Notes: generated by a model not told the origin, from the sequence alone. Shown: positions 8,834 to 20,442, counted from the first letter of the stretch. The stretch is 42,662 nt of DNA from Desulfobulbaceae bacterium (GCA_031256095.1 JAIRRG010000052.1:1-42662); one strand, 5' to 3'. Numbers and translations: made by a program.

Positions 8834-9154
8834 ATGTATGCGATAGTGCGGACAGGCGGCAAGCAGTATCAGGTGGCTTGCGGCGATATGGTACGGGTGG
8901 AAAAGCTGGACGGTGACATTGGCGCCGCTATTGATCTTTCCGAGGTTTTGTTGCTGGCCGACGGCGACAATGTGCGGATTGGGCAGCCGCTGTTGGCCGA
9001 TGTCAAGGTGGTGGCGAAAATTGCCCACCAGGGACGCGGTAAAAAGGTCATCATCTTCAAGAAAAAACGCCGCAAGGGCTACCGCCTGCGCCGTGGGCAC
9101 CGTCAGTCGTTCACTGCCTTGAAGATCGAAGAGATTGTTGGCGCGGCAGCCTGA
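8834..9154 (+). CDS. rplU: 50S ribosomal protein L21
   Basis: MYAIVRTGGKQYQV... is the L21 signature. The ATG at 8834 replaces the longer track ORF starting at 8768. Confidence 0.95.
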   Translation: MYAIVRTGGKQYQVACGDMVRVEKLDGDIGAAIDLSEVLLLADGDNVRIGQPLLADVKVVAKIAHQGRGKKVIIFKKKRRKGYRLRRGHRQSFTALKIEEIVGAAA

Positions 9155-9223
9155 TTATTGGAATCAATTTAAGCCGCCATCACGCGGGCGGCATTGTTAC
9201 AACTGGTGAAGGGGTAAAGGGCC

Positions 9224-10584
<1,361 letters not shown>

Positions 10585-10652
10585 CAATATGCAATTCATG
10601 CGCGGTTTGTTCCCCTCTTTCCTAACCCATTGACAATCGCGGACGCAACGAC

Positions 10653-11804
10653 ATGATCTGTCAGCTTTCCTATCAAGATGGACTCGCCACCCGCCGCTTG
10701 CTCCTCGATAAAGCCAGGCGGGTGGTGGTTAAGGTCGGCAGCGCCATCCTTACCGATGAAGATGGGATGAATCTGCCGCTGGTCGAACGGCTGGTTGACA
10801 GTCTGCTGTTTCTGCGACAATCGGGGCGCGAGGTGATTCTCGTCAGTTCCGGCGCCGTGGCCGCCGGACGCCGCCGCATCCGCCTGACTCAAGAAGATGG
10901 CATCCGGGAAAAACAGGCGCTGGCAGCCATCGGCCAGTCAATCCTGATGCACACCTATGACCGTTTTTTTTCCCGCCGCGATACCACGATCGCCCAGGTG
11001 CTCTTGACCCACGACGACCTCGACCATCGCCACCGTTACCTGAACATTCGCAACACCCTGACCACACTATTGCGGTTTGGAGCCGTGCCCATTATCAACG
11101 AAAACGATACGGTCTCGGTGGAAGAGTTGCGCTTCGGCGACAACGACCGTCTAGCCGCCCTAATTACCAACCTGACCGAGGCCGACCTCTCCATCTGCCT
11201 CACCGATGTCGCCGGCCTTTATCCGGCGCCGCCCGACCAGCTGGAAAATCCCTCCCCGATTGCCAATATTGTGGAAATAAATGAAGAAATAGAAAAGATG
11301 CTGGGGGAAAGCGTAAGCGGCGTCGGCACCGGCGGCATGGCCACCAAGGTTCGCGCCGCCAAGATGGTCGCCGCCCGTGGCGGCGCCTCCTTCATCGGGC
11401 CAGGCCGGGAAGAAAGGGTGATTGAGCGGCTATTCGCCGGGGAAGATGTCGGCTCGTTCTTTTTCCCAGCCAAGCATCCGCTGCACAGTCGTAAACATTG
11501 GATCGCTTACACCCTAAAACCGAAAGGCGAGCTCATTCTCGATGACGGCGCCTGTGCCGCCCTCACCAAGAAAGGAAGAAGTCTACTGCCTTCCGGCATT
11601 ATTGAGGTGCGCGGCGACTTTGGCCCGGGCGACGCCGTCCGCTGTCTGGATAAAAACAACCGCCCGGTGGCCGTCGGTCTCATCAACTATGCCGCCGCCG
11701 ACACCAAACGCATCCAGGGCGCCCACTCCGACCAGATCGCCACCCTCCTCGGCTACAAGGACAGCGACGAGCTTATGCATCGCGATAATTTGGTGCTGTT
11801 GTAA
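10653..11804 (+). CDS. proB: Glutamate 5-kinase with C-terminal PUA domain
   Basis: It has VVKVGSAILT, VSSGAVAAG, the INENDTVS motif and a PUA-like C-terminal region. The protein is 383 aa. Confidence 0.93.
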   Translation: MICQLSYQDGLATRRLLLDKARRVVVKVGSAILTDEDGMNLPLVERLVDSLLFLRQSGREVILVSSGAVAAGRRRIRLTQEDGIREKQALAAIGQSILMHTYDRFFSRRDTTIAQVLLTHDDLDHRHRYLNIRNTLTTLLRFGAVPIINENDTVSVEELRFGDNDRLAALITNLTEADLSICLTDVAGLYPAPPDQLENPSPIANIVEINEEIEKMLGESVSGVGTGGMATKVRAAKMVAARGGASFIGPGREERVIERLFAGEDVGSFFFPAKHPLHSRKHWIAYTLKPKGELILDDGACAALTKKGRSLLPSGIIEVRGDFGPGDAVRCLDKNNRPVAVGLINYAAADTKRIQGAHSDQIATLLGYKDSDELMHRDNLVLL

Positions 11805-11886
11805 CTGTTGTCGCGCTGTTGAAATTTTTACCGCTGGTCTCTTTTCCAGGATTACCTATTAAACAATAGCAACGTTAGGAGGGAAT

Positions 11887-12573
11887 ATGCCCAGTAAAGT
11901 TGGCGCCAAACCATCGATTGCAGTCGTCCTTTCCGGTTGCGGCCATCGCGACGGCTCGGAAATCCATGAGGCCACCCTGACGCTTCTGGCCATTCATCGC
12001 CACGGCGCCGATTACCAATGCTACGCCCCGGACCGTGGCCAGCTTGCGGTCATCAGCCACCTGACCAGCGAGAACATGGCCGAGAGGCGCAACGTGCTGG
12101 TCGAGGCGGCGCGGATTGCCCGTGGCCAGATTAAGCCGCTCGCCGCCTTCAATGCCCTGGCGCACGACGCCCTTATTTTTCCCGGCGGTGTCGGCGCGGC
12201 CATGAATCTGTGCGATTACGCCGAGAAAGGCGGCGACTGCCAGCCGCTGCCGGAAGTGGCGCAAGCAATTGCCGCCATGCGGACCGCTGGCAAACCGATT
12301 GGCGCCTTGTGCATTGCGCCGGTAGTGCTGGCTGCGGCTATCGGCGGCGTGACCTTGACCATCGGCAATGACGACAAGGTCGCCGCCGATCTGCGGGCCA
12401 TGGGAGCGCACCACGAGAAAACCGGCCCAGACGGGGTGGTGATTGACAAAAAATTCCGTGTGGTGACAACGCCCTGCTATATGTTTGACTCTATCCGCCT
12501 CGATACGCTGGCTGCCAGCATCGACCGGCTGGTAGCCGCTGTTTTGGAATTGGCCAAAGAAAGCGTATTGTAA
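11887..12573 (+). CDS. elbB: ElbB-type DJ-1/PfpI family protein (isoprenoid biosynthesis glyoxalase)
   Basis: It is collinear by eye with E. coli ElbB (VVLSGCGHRDGSEIHEATLTLLAI..., RNVLVEAARIARG, VTTPCYM). The RBS AGGAGGG precedes the ATG. Confidence 0.85.
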   Translation: MPSKVGAKPSIAVVLSGCGHRDGSEIHEATLTLLAIHRHGADYQCYAPDRGQLAVISHLTSENMAERRNVLVEAARIARGQIKPLAAFNALAHDALIFPGGVGAAMNLCDYAEKGGDCQPLPEVAQAIAAMRTAGKPIGALCIAPVVLAAAIGGVTLTIGNDDKVAADLRAMGAHHEKTGPDGVVIDKKFRVVTTPCYMFDSIRLDTLAASIDRLVAAVLELAKESVL

Positions 12574-12845
12574 GAAATAACACGGAAAAGCGACTGAATT
12601 GTCTCTGGCCCGGCAATGACTGGTAAATGGCTTTGCGCGAAGTTGCCAAAGCTCTTTCGAGATTATGCTTCGCCAACTTCACCTCCGCCATGGCGGCTGA
12701 ATAAATCCAAGAATTTTTTGTCAAGAGGTAAGAAGGGAGGCCAGGAAAAGCTATCTAATCTATCTAATCATTGCATGTTGCTAGCTTTACTATTCTGAAG
12801 CCCAATCCCACAAACAAACTCATTTTCCAAATAATAGGAGGCGCC

Positions 12846-13442
12846 ATGCCAACACCGCAAATCATTCACCAGTTCAAAATCACCCTACTTGATACTCATC
12901 CGGCGATTTGGCGAAGAATTCAAGTGCCGGAGACGTATAAGTTCTGGGATCTGCATGTGGCCATTCAAAGCGCCATGGGCTGGCAGGATGAGCATCTTCA
13001 TATGTTCCGTATTGGCAGGCGTAGCGCCATCATCATCAACGGCAATCCGATTGAAGATCCCTTTGCCGACGAGAACACTCACAATGGCTGGGAAACCGAA
13101 GTTGCCAGTTTCCTGAATATGCCCGGTGATGTTGCAACATACGAATACGACATGGGCGACGGCTGGCTGCACGAGATTTTGCTGGAAGGCATTTTTTTGA
13201 AAGAAAAAGGCGTCAAATATCCGCGTTGCATCGGCGGAGGGCGCGCCTGCCCGCCGGAAGATTGCGGCGGCATACCGGGCTATGAGCATTTGCTCGAGGT
13301 TTTGGCATCTCCCAAACAACCCGAACATGCACAACTTATCGACTGGCTGGGTAAAAAATACGATCCGGAAAAATTTGACGCGGAAGCCGTCAAATTCGCC
13401 CATCCAAAAACCCGATGGAAACGTTGGCAAGAAGATTGCTGA
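12846..13442 (+). CDS. Plasmid pRiA4b ORF-3-like (PF07929) protein
   Basis: IHQFKITLLDTHPAIWRRIQVPETYKFWDLHVAIQSAMGWQDEHLHMF matches the family signature. The ATG at 12846 follows AGGAGG. The gene is AT-richer than its neighbours. Confidence 0.75.
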   Translation: MPTPQIIHQFKITLLDTHPAIWRRIQVPETYKFWDLHVAIQSAMGWQDEHLHMFRIGRRSAIIINGNPIEDPFADENTHNGWETEVASFLNMPGDVATYEYDMGDGWLHEILLEGIFLKEKGVKYPRCIGGGRACPPEDCGGIPGYEHLLEVLASPKQPEHAQLIDWLGKKYDPEKFDAEAVKFAHPKTRWKRWQEDC

Positions 13443-13601
13443 CGGAATTAACTCAAATTGACGGATAAAAGCCGTGCCCCCACATGGGCGCGTGGACTGA
13501 AACGCTGGTGTCGGCGTTTTTGGTGTCGGCCTGCCCATTGTTGCGCCCCAGCCTGGAGACAATCCGTCTGCGGAGCCTGGCGCAAGTTTCCAGGCTGATC
13601 C

Positions 13602-14348
13602 TTATGGCAGATAATCCGCTCTAACATTTTTCATGGCGGAAAATACCGCCAGCCTGGCGTCAGGCTGGAAACGCTCAATGGCGGCGACAATCTCCCGCGC
13701 CGTCTGGCGGCGGCTGTCATCGGCGTGCGGGCACAGGTTCGGCTGTGGCCTGAGAGCCCACAGGCGGCCAATGGTACACACCTCGGCTTTGCTCAGGTAG
13801 GCGAGGGGCCGCAATAGCTTCAGCCGCCCGTCAAAGAGTATCTGCTTTGGCCTCATGGTCGAGACATTGCCGCCATAAAGAAGGTTGAGGAAAAAGGTAT
13901 CAATCAAATCGTCGCGATGATGGCCAAAGCAAATGGCCGTGTGGCCGTTGTCGCGGGCGATGGTGAAAAGTTGGCTGCGGCGGTCGCGGGCGCAGTGGAA
14001 GCAAGACTGGGCCGCGCCCGGCTCCCCCCAGGCCGTTTCCTGGCGCAGGGCCAATCCCCAGGGACGCAACTGCCCCTCAATGGCAAAAGCCGGATTTTCG
14101 GTGCCCGTCCGCCGCCAGTAACCATGATCGATGGTGATGGCGGCCAGCTCAAAAGTAATCGGCGCCTTGCGCCGCCACCAGGATAATACCGCCGCTAAAG
14201 CCAGAGAATCGATGCCACCGGAAACCGCAATCAGCAAGCGGTCTCCCGCTTCAATCATGGCGTAATCATGGAGCGCCAGGCCAATCTTGCGATTGAGTTC
14301 TCGCGGCAAGGCGGGCGGGCGCGCTGCCGGGGCGACTGGTTGCGGCAT
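13602..14348 (-). CDS. PP-loop ATPase, TtcA-like tRNA 2-thiocytidine synthetase family
   Basis: It has the PP-loop VSGGIDS, a CFHCARDRR cysteine motif and a later NLCPH motif. The protein is 248 aa. Confidence 0.6.
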   Translation of the reverse strand: MPQPVAPAARPPALPRELNRKIGLALHDYAMIEAGDRLLIAVSGGIDSLALAAVLSWWRRKAPITFELAAITIDHGYWRRTGTENPAFAIEGQLRPWGLALRQETAWGEPGAAQSCFHCARDRRSQLFTIARDNGHTAICFGHHRDDLIDTFFLNLLYGGNVSTMRPKQILFDGRLKLLRPLAYLSKAEVCTIGRLWALRPQPNLCPHADDSRRQTAREIVAAIERFQPDARLAVFSAMKNVRADYLP

Positions 14349-14381
14349 GGTCTTGGACGGTGTCAGTGAATTACGATTGAT

Positions 14382-15095
14382 TCAATCATCATCGTTTTGC
14401 GAGCACGCGTTATCTTGCAGCGCCCGCGCCCGCCACGCATTTAGTAGAGCGGCAAGCTCTTTGTGCGTTGTAAAGCTGTAAGTATCGAATATAGTTGAAT
14501 TGTAATCTGAGAATCGACTCTTCTTGCGTGCCGCATTATTGAATACGGTACCCTCAAGGTGAGCGCTGGCAGACAATGTGGACGGGGTAAACTCACTTGT
14601 GTCGTGCCATCGTACTTTTGTGGGACGCCGCAAAGCGACGACTTCAAGGCTGTCGCGGCTCAGGCGGAGTGAGGAGCCTTTGACGGACGCAACGAGTAGA
14701 AGTATGGTGCCAACGAGACAGAGGAGAATGCCTAACCCTAGCAGCACCTGCTCCAGTATCGATGGTGGTGGGTCATCTCGTAGTATCGATACGAGCACGC
14801 CGCCAATAGCAACCGCCCCAACCGCGTAAACCAGAAACTTGGCCGTGACGCTCTTTAATACTACCGGCCCCGGATAGTGTGACAACAGTAACTCAAGTGA
14901 GGGCGTCTCGCGCTGAAACATTCGTGGCCAGAGGTTTATTGCATAAAAAACTGATCCTGCTCCGGAAAGCAGCGCTATTGACCCACTAAAAAGCCCAACA
15001 TCATGGCCTGTTCCGCGTGCGACGCCGAACGCGATGGCGCCAGCAGCAAACACCAGGCTCACGATAAGGCCGAAGTAGAGAAAAGTACGAGACAT
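14382..15095 (-). CDS. Hypothetical membrane protein (4-5 TM plus soluble C-terminal domain)
   Basis: The N-terminal two thirds are hydrophobic and the C-terminus is charged. I recognise no family. The ATG at 15093..15095 follows GGAGAG, whereas the track start at 15110 is TTG. It is AT-richer than the flanking ttcA-like gene and hisB. Confidence 0.45.
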   Translation of the reverse strand: MSRTFLYFGLIVSLVFAAGAIAFGVARGTGHDVGLFSGSIALLSGAGSVFYAINLWPRMFQRETPSLELLLSHYPGPVVLKSVTAKFLVYAVGAVAIGGVLVSILRDDPPPSILEQVLLGLGILLCLVGTILLLVASVKGSSLRLSRDSLEVVALRRPTKVRWHDTSEFTPSTLSASAHLEGTVFNNAARKKSRFSDYNSTIFDTYSFTTHKELAALLNAWRARALQDNACSQNDDD

Positions 15096-15124
15096 CTTCA
15101 ATCTCTCCAATTCAATTTTCTATT

Positions 15125-15736
15125 TTACAGCGATCCTTTGGAAGACAAAACGCCGCCGGCGCCAAACCCATCTAGAGGCCGCGTCGCCTGGCGCAAGCAG
15201 CGGCCTAGCCCTTTGAAAATGGCTTCGAGAATATGGTGACTGTTATCGCCGCGCAAGAGATCGACATGCAAAGTCAGGCCACCATGCTGGCTAAAAGCGC
15301 GGACAAATTCTTTGGCCAGGGCGGTATCGAAGTTACCAACTTTCTGGTCAGGGGGCGTCACTTGCCAATGGAGCAAGGGACGATTGGAAAGATCGACCAC
15401 GACGCGGGCCAAGGCTTCATCCATTGGCAAATGAACGCAGGCGTAGCGTTCGATGCCGCCCTTATCCCCCAGGGCCTTGGCCAAAGCCTGACCCAGGCAG
15501 ATGCCGATATCTTCCACGGTATGGTGGTCGTCGATCTCGACATCGCCCTTGGCCTGCAAGCTGAGATCAAAAAAACCATGCACCGCGAACAGGGTCAGCA
15601 TATGGTCGAGGAAAGGGACGCCGCTGGCAATTTCCCGGCGGCCCTGGCCATCCAGGAAGAGTTCGAGGGCAATGTCAGTTTCGGTGGTAGTCCGGCGGAT
15701 GGCGGCCTGGCGCGGGCGGGAAGAGTCGGCGGTCAT
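15125..15736 (-). CDS. hisB: Imidazoleglycerol-phosphate dehydratase
   Basis: It has RRTTTETDI, FLDHML, DDHHTVEDIGI and NSHHILEAIFKGLGR motifs. Confidence 0.95.
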   Translation of the reverse strand: MTADSSRPRQAAIRRTTTETDIALELFLDGQGRREIASGVPFLDHMLTLFAVHGFFDLSLQAKGDVEIDDHHTVEDIGICLGQALAKALGDKGGIERYACVHLPMDEALARVVVDLSNRPLLHWQVTPPDQKVGNFDTALAKEFVRAFSQHGGLTLHVDLLRGDNSHHILEAIFKGLGRCLRQATRPLDGFGAGGVLSSKGSL

Positions 15737-15929
15737 AACGGCAAAGAGTTGGTGAAAGATTGGCGGTTATTGCTTGACAATGAAAAATAATATTCTACCC
15801 GATAGCGGCGCAGCTATCCCGTATTTTATCGCTGCCAGCGAAAAAAACGTCTTCATTGCCCCATTTTCTGTTGACAGTCAGGCATTGGGCCTGTATAAAA
15901 CGGCGCTTCGAATAAGGCTTACGAACACT

Positions 15930-16004
<75 letters not shown>

Positions 16005-16016
16005 AAGATTGACAAA

Positions 16017-16048
16017 AGGGTTCAGCGTCGCCTGAGCCCTTATTTTTT
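16017..16048 (+). terminator. Rho-independent terminator after tRNA-Gly
   Basis: A 9-bp stem AGGGTTCAG / CTGAGCCCT (one G-U pair) with loop CGTCGC is followed by TATTTTTT. Confidence 0.7.
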
Positions 16049-16070
16049 CAGAAGGTAAGAGGTTGACAAT

Positions 16071-16511
16071 ATGGAAACCTGCGTAAAGACATATCTGGCG
16101 CCGGTCGAGTCGATTGAAAAAAAGTGGTTCATCGTTGACGCCAAAGACAAAGTATTGGGGCGTGTCGCTTCCGAGGTCGCCAGCCGTTTGCGCGGCAAGC
16201 ACAAACCGACCTTTTCCACCTTCATCGACAACGGCGATTTCGTCATCGTTACCAATGCCGACAAGGTCAAATTGACCGGCAATAAATGGTCGGACAAAAA
16301 ATACTACCATCATACCGGCTATATGGGCGGTTTGAAAGAGGCGACCGCCAAAGATATGGTGATCAAACATCCCACCAGTCTGGTCATGTTGGCGGTGAAG
16401 GGAATGCTGCCGAAAAACCGGCTGGGCCGGGCGCAGTTGAAAAAATTGAAGGTCTACGCTGGCGATGAGCATCCGCACGCCGCGCAGCAACCAGTTGTCC
16501 TGGATATTTAA
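16071..16511 (+). CDS. rplM: 50S ribosomal protein L13
   Basis: KKWFIVDAKDKVLGRVASEVASRLRGKHKPTF is the L13 signature. Confidence 0.95.
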   Translation: METCVKTYLAPVESIEKKWFIVDAKDKVLGRVASEVASRLRGKHKPTFSTFIDNGDFVIVTNADKVKLTGNKWSDKKYYHHTGYMGGLKEATAKDMVIKHPTSLVMLAVKGMLPKNRLGRAQLKKLKVYAGDEHPHAAQQPVVLDI

Positions 16512-16531
16512 TCGGAGGAGCAAACGTTATT

Positions 16532-16924
16532 ATGGCTCAAAACCGTTTTTACGCCACCGGCAAACGGAAAAGTGCTGTCGCCAGGGTTTGGCTGATTCCG
16601 GGCGCCGGCAAGGTCACAGTCAATGGCATGGACACCGCAAGTTATTTCGGCAATCTCCATACTACCAACAAGATAAGCCGTCCTTTCGCCCTGACGGAAA
16701 ATGCGGATCGTTACGACGTGATGGCCACCTTGGCTGGCGGTGGCAAATGTGCGCAGATCGACGCGTTGGCCCATGGCATTGCCCGCGCCCTTCTTGAGGT
16801 GGACGCCGAAAATCGGCAGCCGCTGAAAAAGGCTGGCCTTCTCACCCGTGACCCGCGCACCAAAGAACGGAAAAAATACGGCCAGAGGGCGGCCCGCGCC
16901 AAATTCCAGTTCTCCAAACGCTGA
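16532..16924 (+). CDS. rpsI: 30S ribosomal protein S9
   Basis: The N-terminus is YATGKRKSAVARV and the C-terminus is LTRDPRTKERKKYGQRAARAKFQFSKR. Confidence 0.95.
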   Translation: MAQNRFYATGKRKSAVARVWLIPGAGKVTVNGMDTASYFGNLHTTNKISRPFALTENADRYDVMATLAGGGKCAQIDALAHGIARALLEVDAENRQPLKKAGLLTRDPRTKERKKYGQRAARAKFQFSKR

Positions 16925-17060
16925 TTTCTTTTTTGGCTCCGGGCATCGTCGTTGTCTGATGCCGGGCCGGTTTTCATATGGGGGAGTAGCAGCCAGTCTG
17001 CTATTCCCCTATTTTCGTTCATCATCAGAAATATTTTCAGATTCGCTCAGGAGGGCCACC

Positions 17061-18119
17061 ATGATTTCTTCCCCGGAAAAAGTAGCGGTCGCCGTCATTG
17101 GCGCGTCGGGTTACACCGGCGGCGAACTGGCCCGTTTGCTCTCCATCCATCCGACGGCACAACTGGTCGCGGTCACCTCGCGGCAGTACGCCGGTCAAAA
17201 GATGACCAAGGTATTTCCCAGCCTGCGCGGCATCTGTGATTTGTCGTTTGAAGAACCGGCCATTGAGGACATTTGCCGTCGCGCTGAGATTATCTTCACC
17301 GCTGTTCCTCACAAAACAGCGATGCTGGTGGCGCCGCAAATTCTGGCCGCTGGCAAGAAGCTCATCGATCTGTCCGCCGATTTCCGCCTGGACGACGCCG
17401 CCACCTACGAACAATGGTACGAGCCGCACAGCGCCCCCGAGTATCTGGCTGAAGCCGTTTACGGGCTGCCGGAGCTGTATCGCGACGACATCAAAAAGGC
17501 CAGGCTGATCGCCAACCCTGGCTGCTATCCGACCTCAATCATTTTAGCTCTGGCACCGCTTTTGCGGGCTCGGGTCATCGACGTCACGACGATCATCGCC
17601 GACAGCAAATCCGGCACCTCCGGCGCGGGCCGCGGCGCGGTCATTTCTTCTCTGTACTGCGAGGTGGCCGATGGCTTTCGTCCCTACAAGGTCGGCGGCG
17701 TCCATCGGCATATTCCGGAAATTGAGCAGGAATTGGGAAAACTGCACGGGTCGGCCATCACCATCACCTTCACGCCGCATTTGCTGCCGGTTTCGCGCGG
17801 CATCCTCAGCACCATTTACGCCCGGTTAAAAGAAGATGTGACAGCCGAACAAATCGCCGGCTTGTACGCCACGATGTATGGGCGGGAAGAGTTCGTCCGT
17901 CTGCTCCCGGCAGGCGGCATTCCCGCCACCCAGTACGTCCGGGGCAGCAATTATTGTGACATCGGTTTCTGCCTCGACCGCCGCGCTGGCCGGATCATTG
18001 TCATGACCGCCATTGACAACATCGTCAAAGGCGCTTCCGGCCAGGCCATCCAGAACATGAATCTGCTCTGTGGGTTCCCGGAACATACCGCTTTGGCCGC
18101 GCCCGCCTTCTTCCCTTGA
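17061..18119 (+). CDS. argC: N-acetyl-gamma-glutamyl-phosphate reductase
   Basis: It has VIGASGYTGGEL and the active-site NPGCYPT. The ATG at 17061 follows CAGGAGGG. The track ORF from 16848 is an upstream read-through. Confidence 0.93.
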   Translation: MISSPEKVAVAVIGASGYTGGELARLLSIHPTAQLVAVTSRQYAGQKMTKVFPSLRGICDLSFEEPAIEDICRRAEIIFTAVPHKTAMLVAPQILAAGKKLIDLSADFRLDDAATYEQWYEPHSAPEYLAEAVYGLPELYRDDIKKARLIANPGCYPTSIILALAPLLRARVIDVTTIIADSKSGTSGAGRGAVISSLYCEVADGFRPYKVGGVHRHIPEIEQELGKLHGSAITITFTPHLLPVSRGILSTIYARLKEDVTAEQIAGLYATMYGREEFVRLLPAGGIPATQYVRGSNYCDIGFCLDRRAGRIIVMTAIDNIVKGASGQAIQNMNLLCGFPEHTALAAPAFFP

Positions 18120-18131
18120 GAGAAGACAGCG

Positions 18132-18896
18132 ATGGCGGCGACGCGCAATATCTGCCTGATCATCGCCTATGACGGCAGCGATTACCAGGGCTGGCAGCGC
18201 CAGGCAGCGGCCCCAACCATCCAAGGCGAAATCGAGGAACGCCTATCAATCATTACGACAAAAAGCGTGACACTGCACGGCGCCGGCCGTACTGACGCCG
18301 GTGTGCATGCCGCCGGCATGACGGCCAACTTTCATACCAATTCCGCCCTGTCCTGCCTGCAACTGCAAAAATCTTTGAATTCCATGCTGCCGCCGGCTAT
18401 CCGCATTATCGGCGCCAAAGAGATGACCGTCGGTTTTCACGCCCGTTTCTCCTGCCGCGGCAAGCGCTATTGCTACTATCTCGACACCGCCCCGGTGCAG
18501 CCGCCTTTCCTCCGCCGCTACGCCCTGCACGTGCCGGCGGCGCTCGATGATCAGCGTATGCAAGACTGCCTGAATACCCTGCTGGGTACCCACGACTTCA
18601 GTTCGTTTGAAAACAGCGGCAGCCGCGACAAGGAGAATGGGCAGGGACGCGGCGCGGTGCGGACGCTTTTTGCCGTCACCTTTGGGCGGCCTACTCAAAA
18701 CATATTTACTATCGAGTTGACCGCTGATGGCTTTTTGCGCAACATGGTGCGCAACATCGTTGGCACCCTGCTTCTGGCCGGGGAAAAGAAAATCAGCGTT
18801 GCCGACTTCGCGGCGATACTGGCGGCGCAAAACCGGACGCTGGCTGGGGCAACCGTACCGCCACACGGGCTCTTCCTGAAGAATGTTCTCTATTGA
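18132..18896 (+). CDS. truA: tRNA pseudouridine(38-40) synthase TruA
   Basis: It has YDGSDYQGWQRQ, the catalytic GAGRTDAGVHA and FLRNMVRNIVG. Confidence 0.9.
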   Translation: MAATRNICLIIAYDGSDYQGWQRQAAAPTIQGEIEERLSIITTKSVTLHGAGRTDAGVHAAGMTANFHTNSALSCLQLQKSLNSMLPPAIRIIGAKEMTVGFHARFSCRGKRYCYYLDTAPVQPPFLRRYALHVPAALDDQRMQDCLNTLLGTHDFSSFENSGSRDKENGQGRGAVRTLFAVTFGRPTQNIFTIELTADGFLRNMVRNIVGTLLLAGEKKISVADFAAILAAQNRTLAGATVPPHGLFLKNVLY

Positions 18897-18902
18897 TCCG
18901 AT

Positions 18903-19892
18903 TCAACCTGGATGCCGCATCCGGCCTGCGGAATGCCGCGCCAAAAGGGATTGCAGACGCCACGGCGACGATAGACAAGTACGTTCTTCCTGGGTGCAGA
19001 CTGACATAATATTGCAAAGGCTGGTGAACTCGGTCAGCGGCGGCGACAGGACTTTATCTTTGCGCATAATGACTTGCAGTTGCCGACGCATATCTATCCC
19101 CTTGACCTTGAGGCTCTTGATCCAGCCGTGCTCAACCTCGCGGGCAAGGCACAGATTCGACAGGCAAGCGATCCCAGCCCCGGACTCGACAGCCCGCTTG
19201 ATCGCTTCCGGATGACCTATCTCCATGACGATATTAATATCATCCAGGTAATTTTTGAATTTTTCGCGGAAAATCGCCGCCGTGCCGGAGGTTTTTTCGC
19301 GCATAACCCACTTCTTGTTGCGGATGTCGCTTTTGACATCGAAAACATCCTTATGCGATAGCGGGTCGCTCGGCCCACAGAGGACGACCAGTTCATCACG
19401 GAACCAAGGCCGCGCTTGCAAATCCTCATTATGCGAGGGCAAGCCCTCAACATAGGCGATGTCGGAGCTGCCTGCCAACAGCATCTTTTCGCATTCGCTG
19501 GTGTTATAGACCAGCAGATTGATATGGACGCGGGGATGCGCCCGTTTGAAAGCACCGACCAGATAGGGCAGGATGTAATTGCCAAGCGTGGTGCTCGCCA
19601 CCACGTTGATCTGTCCCTCCAAGGAATCGTTACGTTCGGTCATGGTGCTTTCGATGCCGTTGACCTGTTCGGCAATCTCCTTGGCCAGCGGCAGCAGATA
19701 ACGGCCACGGGCATTGAGGACAAGACTGCGGCCATGACGGTCGTAGAGAGGACCACCCAGCTGATTCTCCAACTCCGCCAGAGCCATACTGACCGCCGAT
19801 TGGGTGACGAAAAGCTTTTTGCTGGCTTTCGTCACCTGAGCCGTCTCGGCTACCGCGATAAAAATTTCCAACTGCCGTAGTGTAATAGACAT
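18903..19892 (-). CDS. LysR-family transcriptional regulator
   Basis: The N-terminal wHTH is LRQLEIFIAVAETAQVTKASKKLFVTQSAVSMALAELE, followed by a LysR substrate-binding region. It converges on truA with a 6-nt gap. Confidence 0.85.
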   Translation of the reverse strand: MSITLRQLEIFIAVAETAQVTKASKKLFVTQSAVSMALAELENQLGGPLYDRHGRSLVLNARGRYLLPLAKEIAEQVNGIESTMTERNDSLEGQINVVASTTLGNYILPYLVGAFKRAHPRVHINLLVYNTSECEKMLLAGSSDIAYVEGLPSHNEDLQARPWFRDELVVLCGPSDPLSHKDVFDVKSDIRNKKWVMREKTSGTAAIFREKFKNYLDDINIVMEIGHPEAIKRAVESGAGIACLSNLCLAREVEHGWIKSLKVKGIDMRRQLQVIMRKDKVLSPPLTEFTSLCNIMSVCTQEERTCLSSPWRLQSLLARHSAGRMRHPG

Positions 19893-20442
19893 AACGAAAA
19901 TAGACTCCTGAGTTGATTAAATGAAACAAAATAAAATCATCAATTATTAATATGATGATACCCTATTTCTTTTGTTTGCAAAATAAAAATCATCTTGTTC
20001 GCTCGCTTCTCAACCTACCGACCGGATCGTTTTGGCGCTGCGCGAGCAAGCAGTGTATTGCCATGGTGCCGCTTCTTTATCAAAACTATTTCTTCCATCC
20101 TGACAGGTTGATTTGTGAGAATATCAAATGATATTAAAGAGAAAAGGCTAAAACGGACTCTAGCCAACACCACATTAAATATTTCTAGGAGCGGCAAGAA
20201 GCAAAACAGCGGCATGGTACAGTGGCATCAACCGACTGGGCTTAAAGCTAAGCTGGAAGCGGAGCGGAAAACACGAAAACTTCTGACGCCTTGGAGAAAA
20301 AGCGCGACCATCTGCGGCGTCGCCTGTTCACAGTGACGGGAGGCAATCGAGAAGCTAACGACCATTTCATCCTGGCGGCATAAATTCGACCGAGTCCACG
20401 ACCGCGACCGCCATAGGGAGTCGAAAAATCGGAGCCCTATCT

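Noticed and set aside
16941-16975. A hairpin after rpsI (CCGGGCATC...GATGCCGGG followed by CCGGTTTT) could be a terminator.
   Set aside because: The stem has a mismatch and the T-run is short and interrupted. argC follows within 90 nt and may be co-transcribed. The signal is too weak to list as a feature.
20015-20336. The 66-aa (minus) and 73-aa (plus) ORFs in the gene desert could be real small genes.
   Set aside because: They have no RBS, and their composition is odd and low-complexity. They are more consistent with decayed mobile-element sequence, so I report them only as part of the desert finding.
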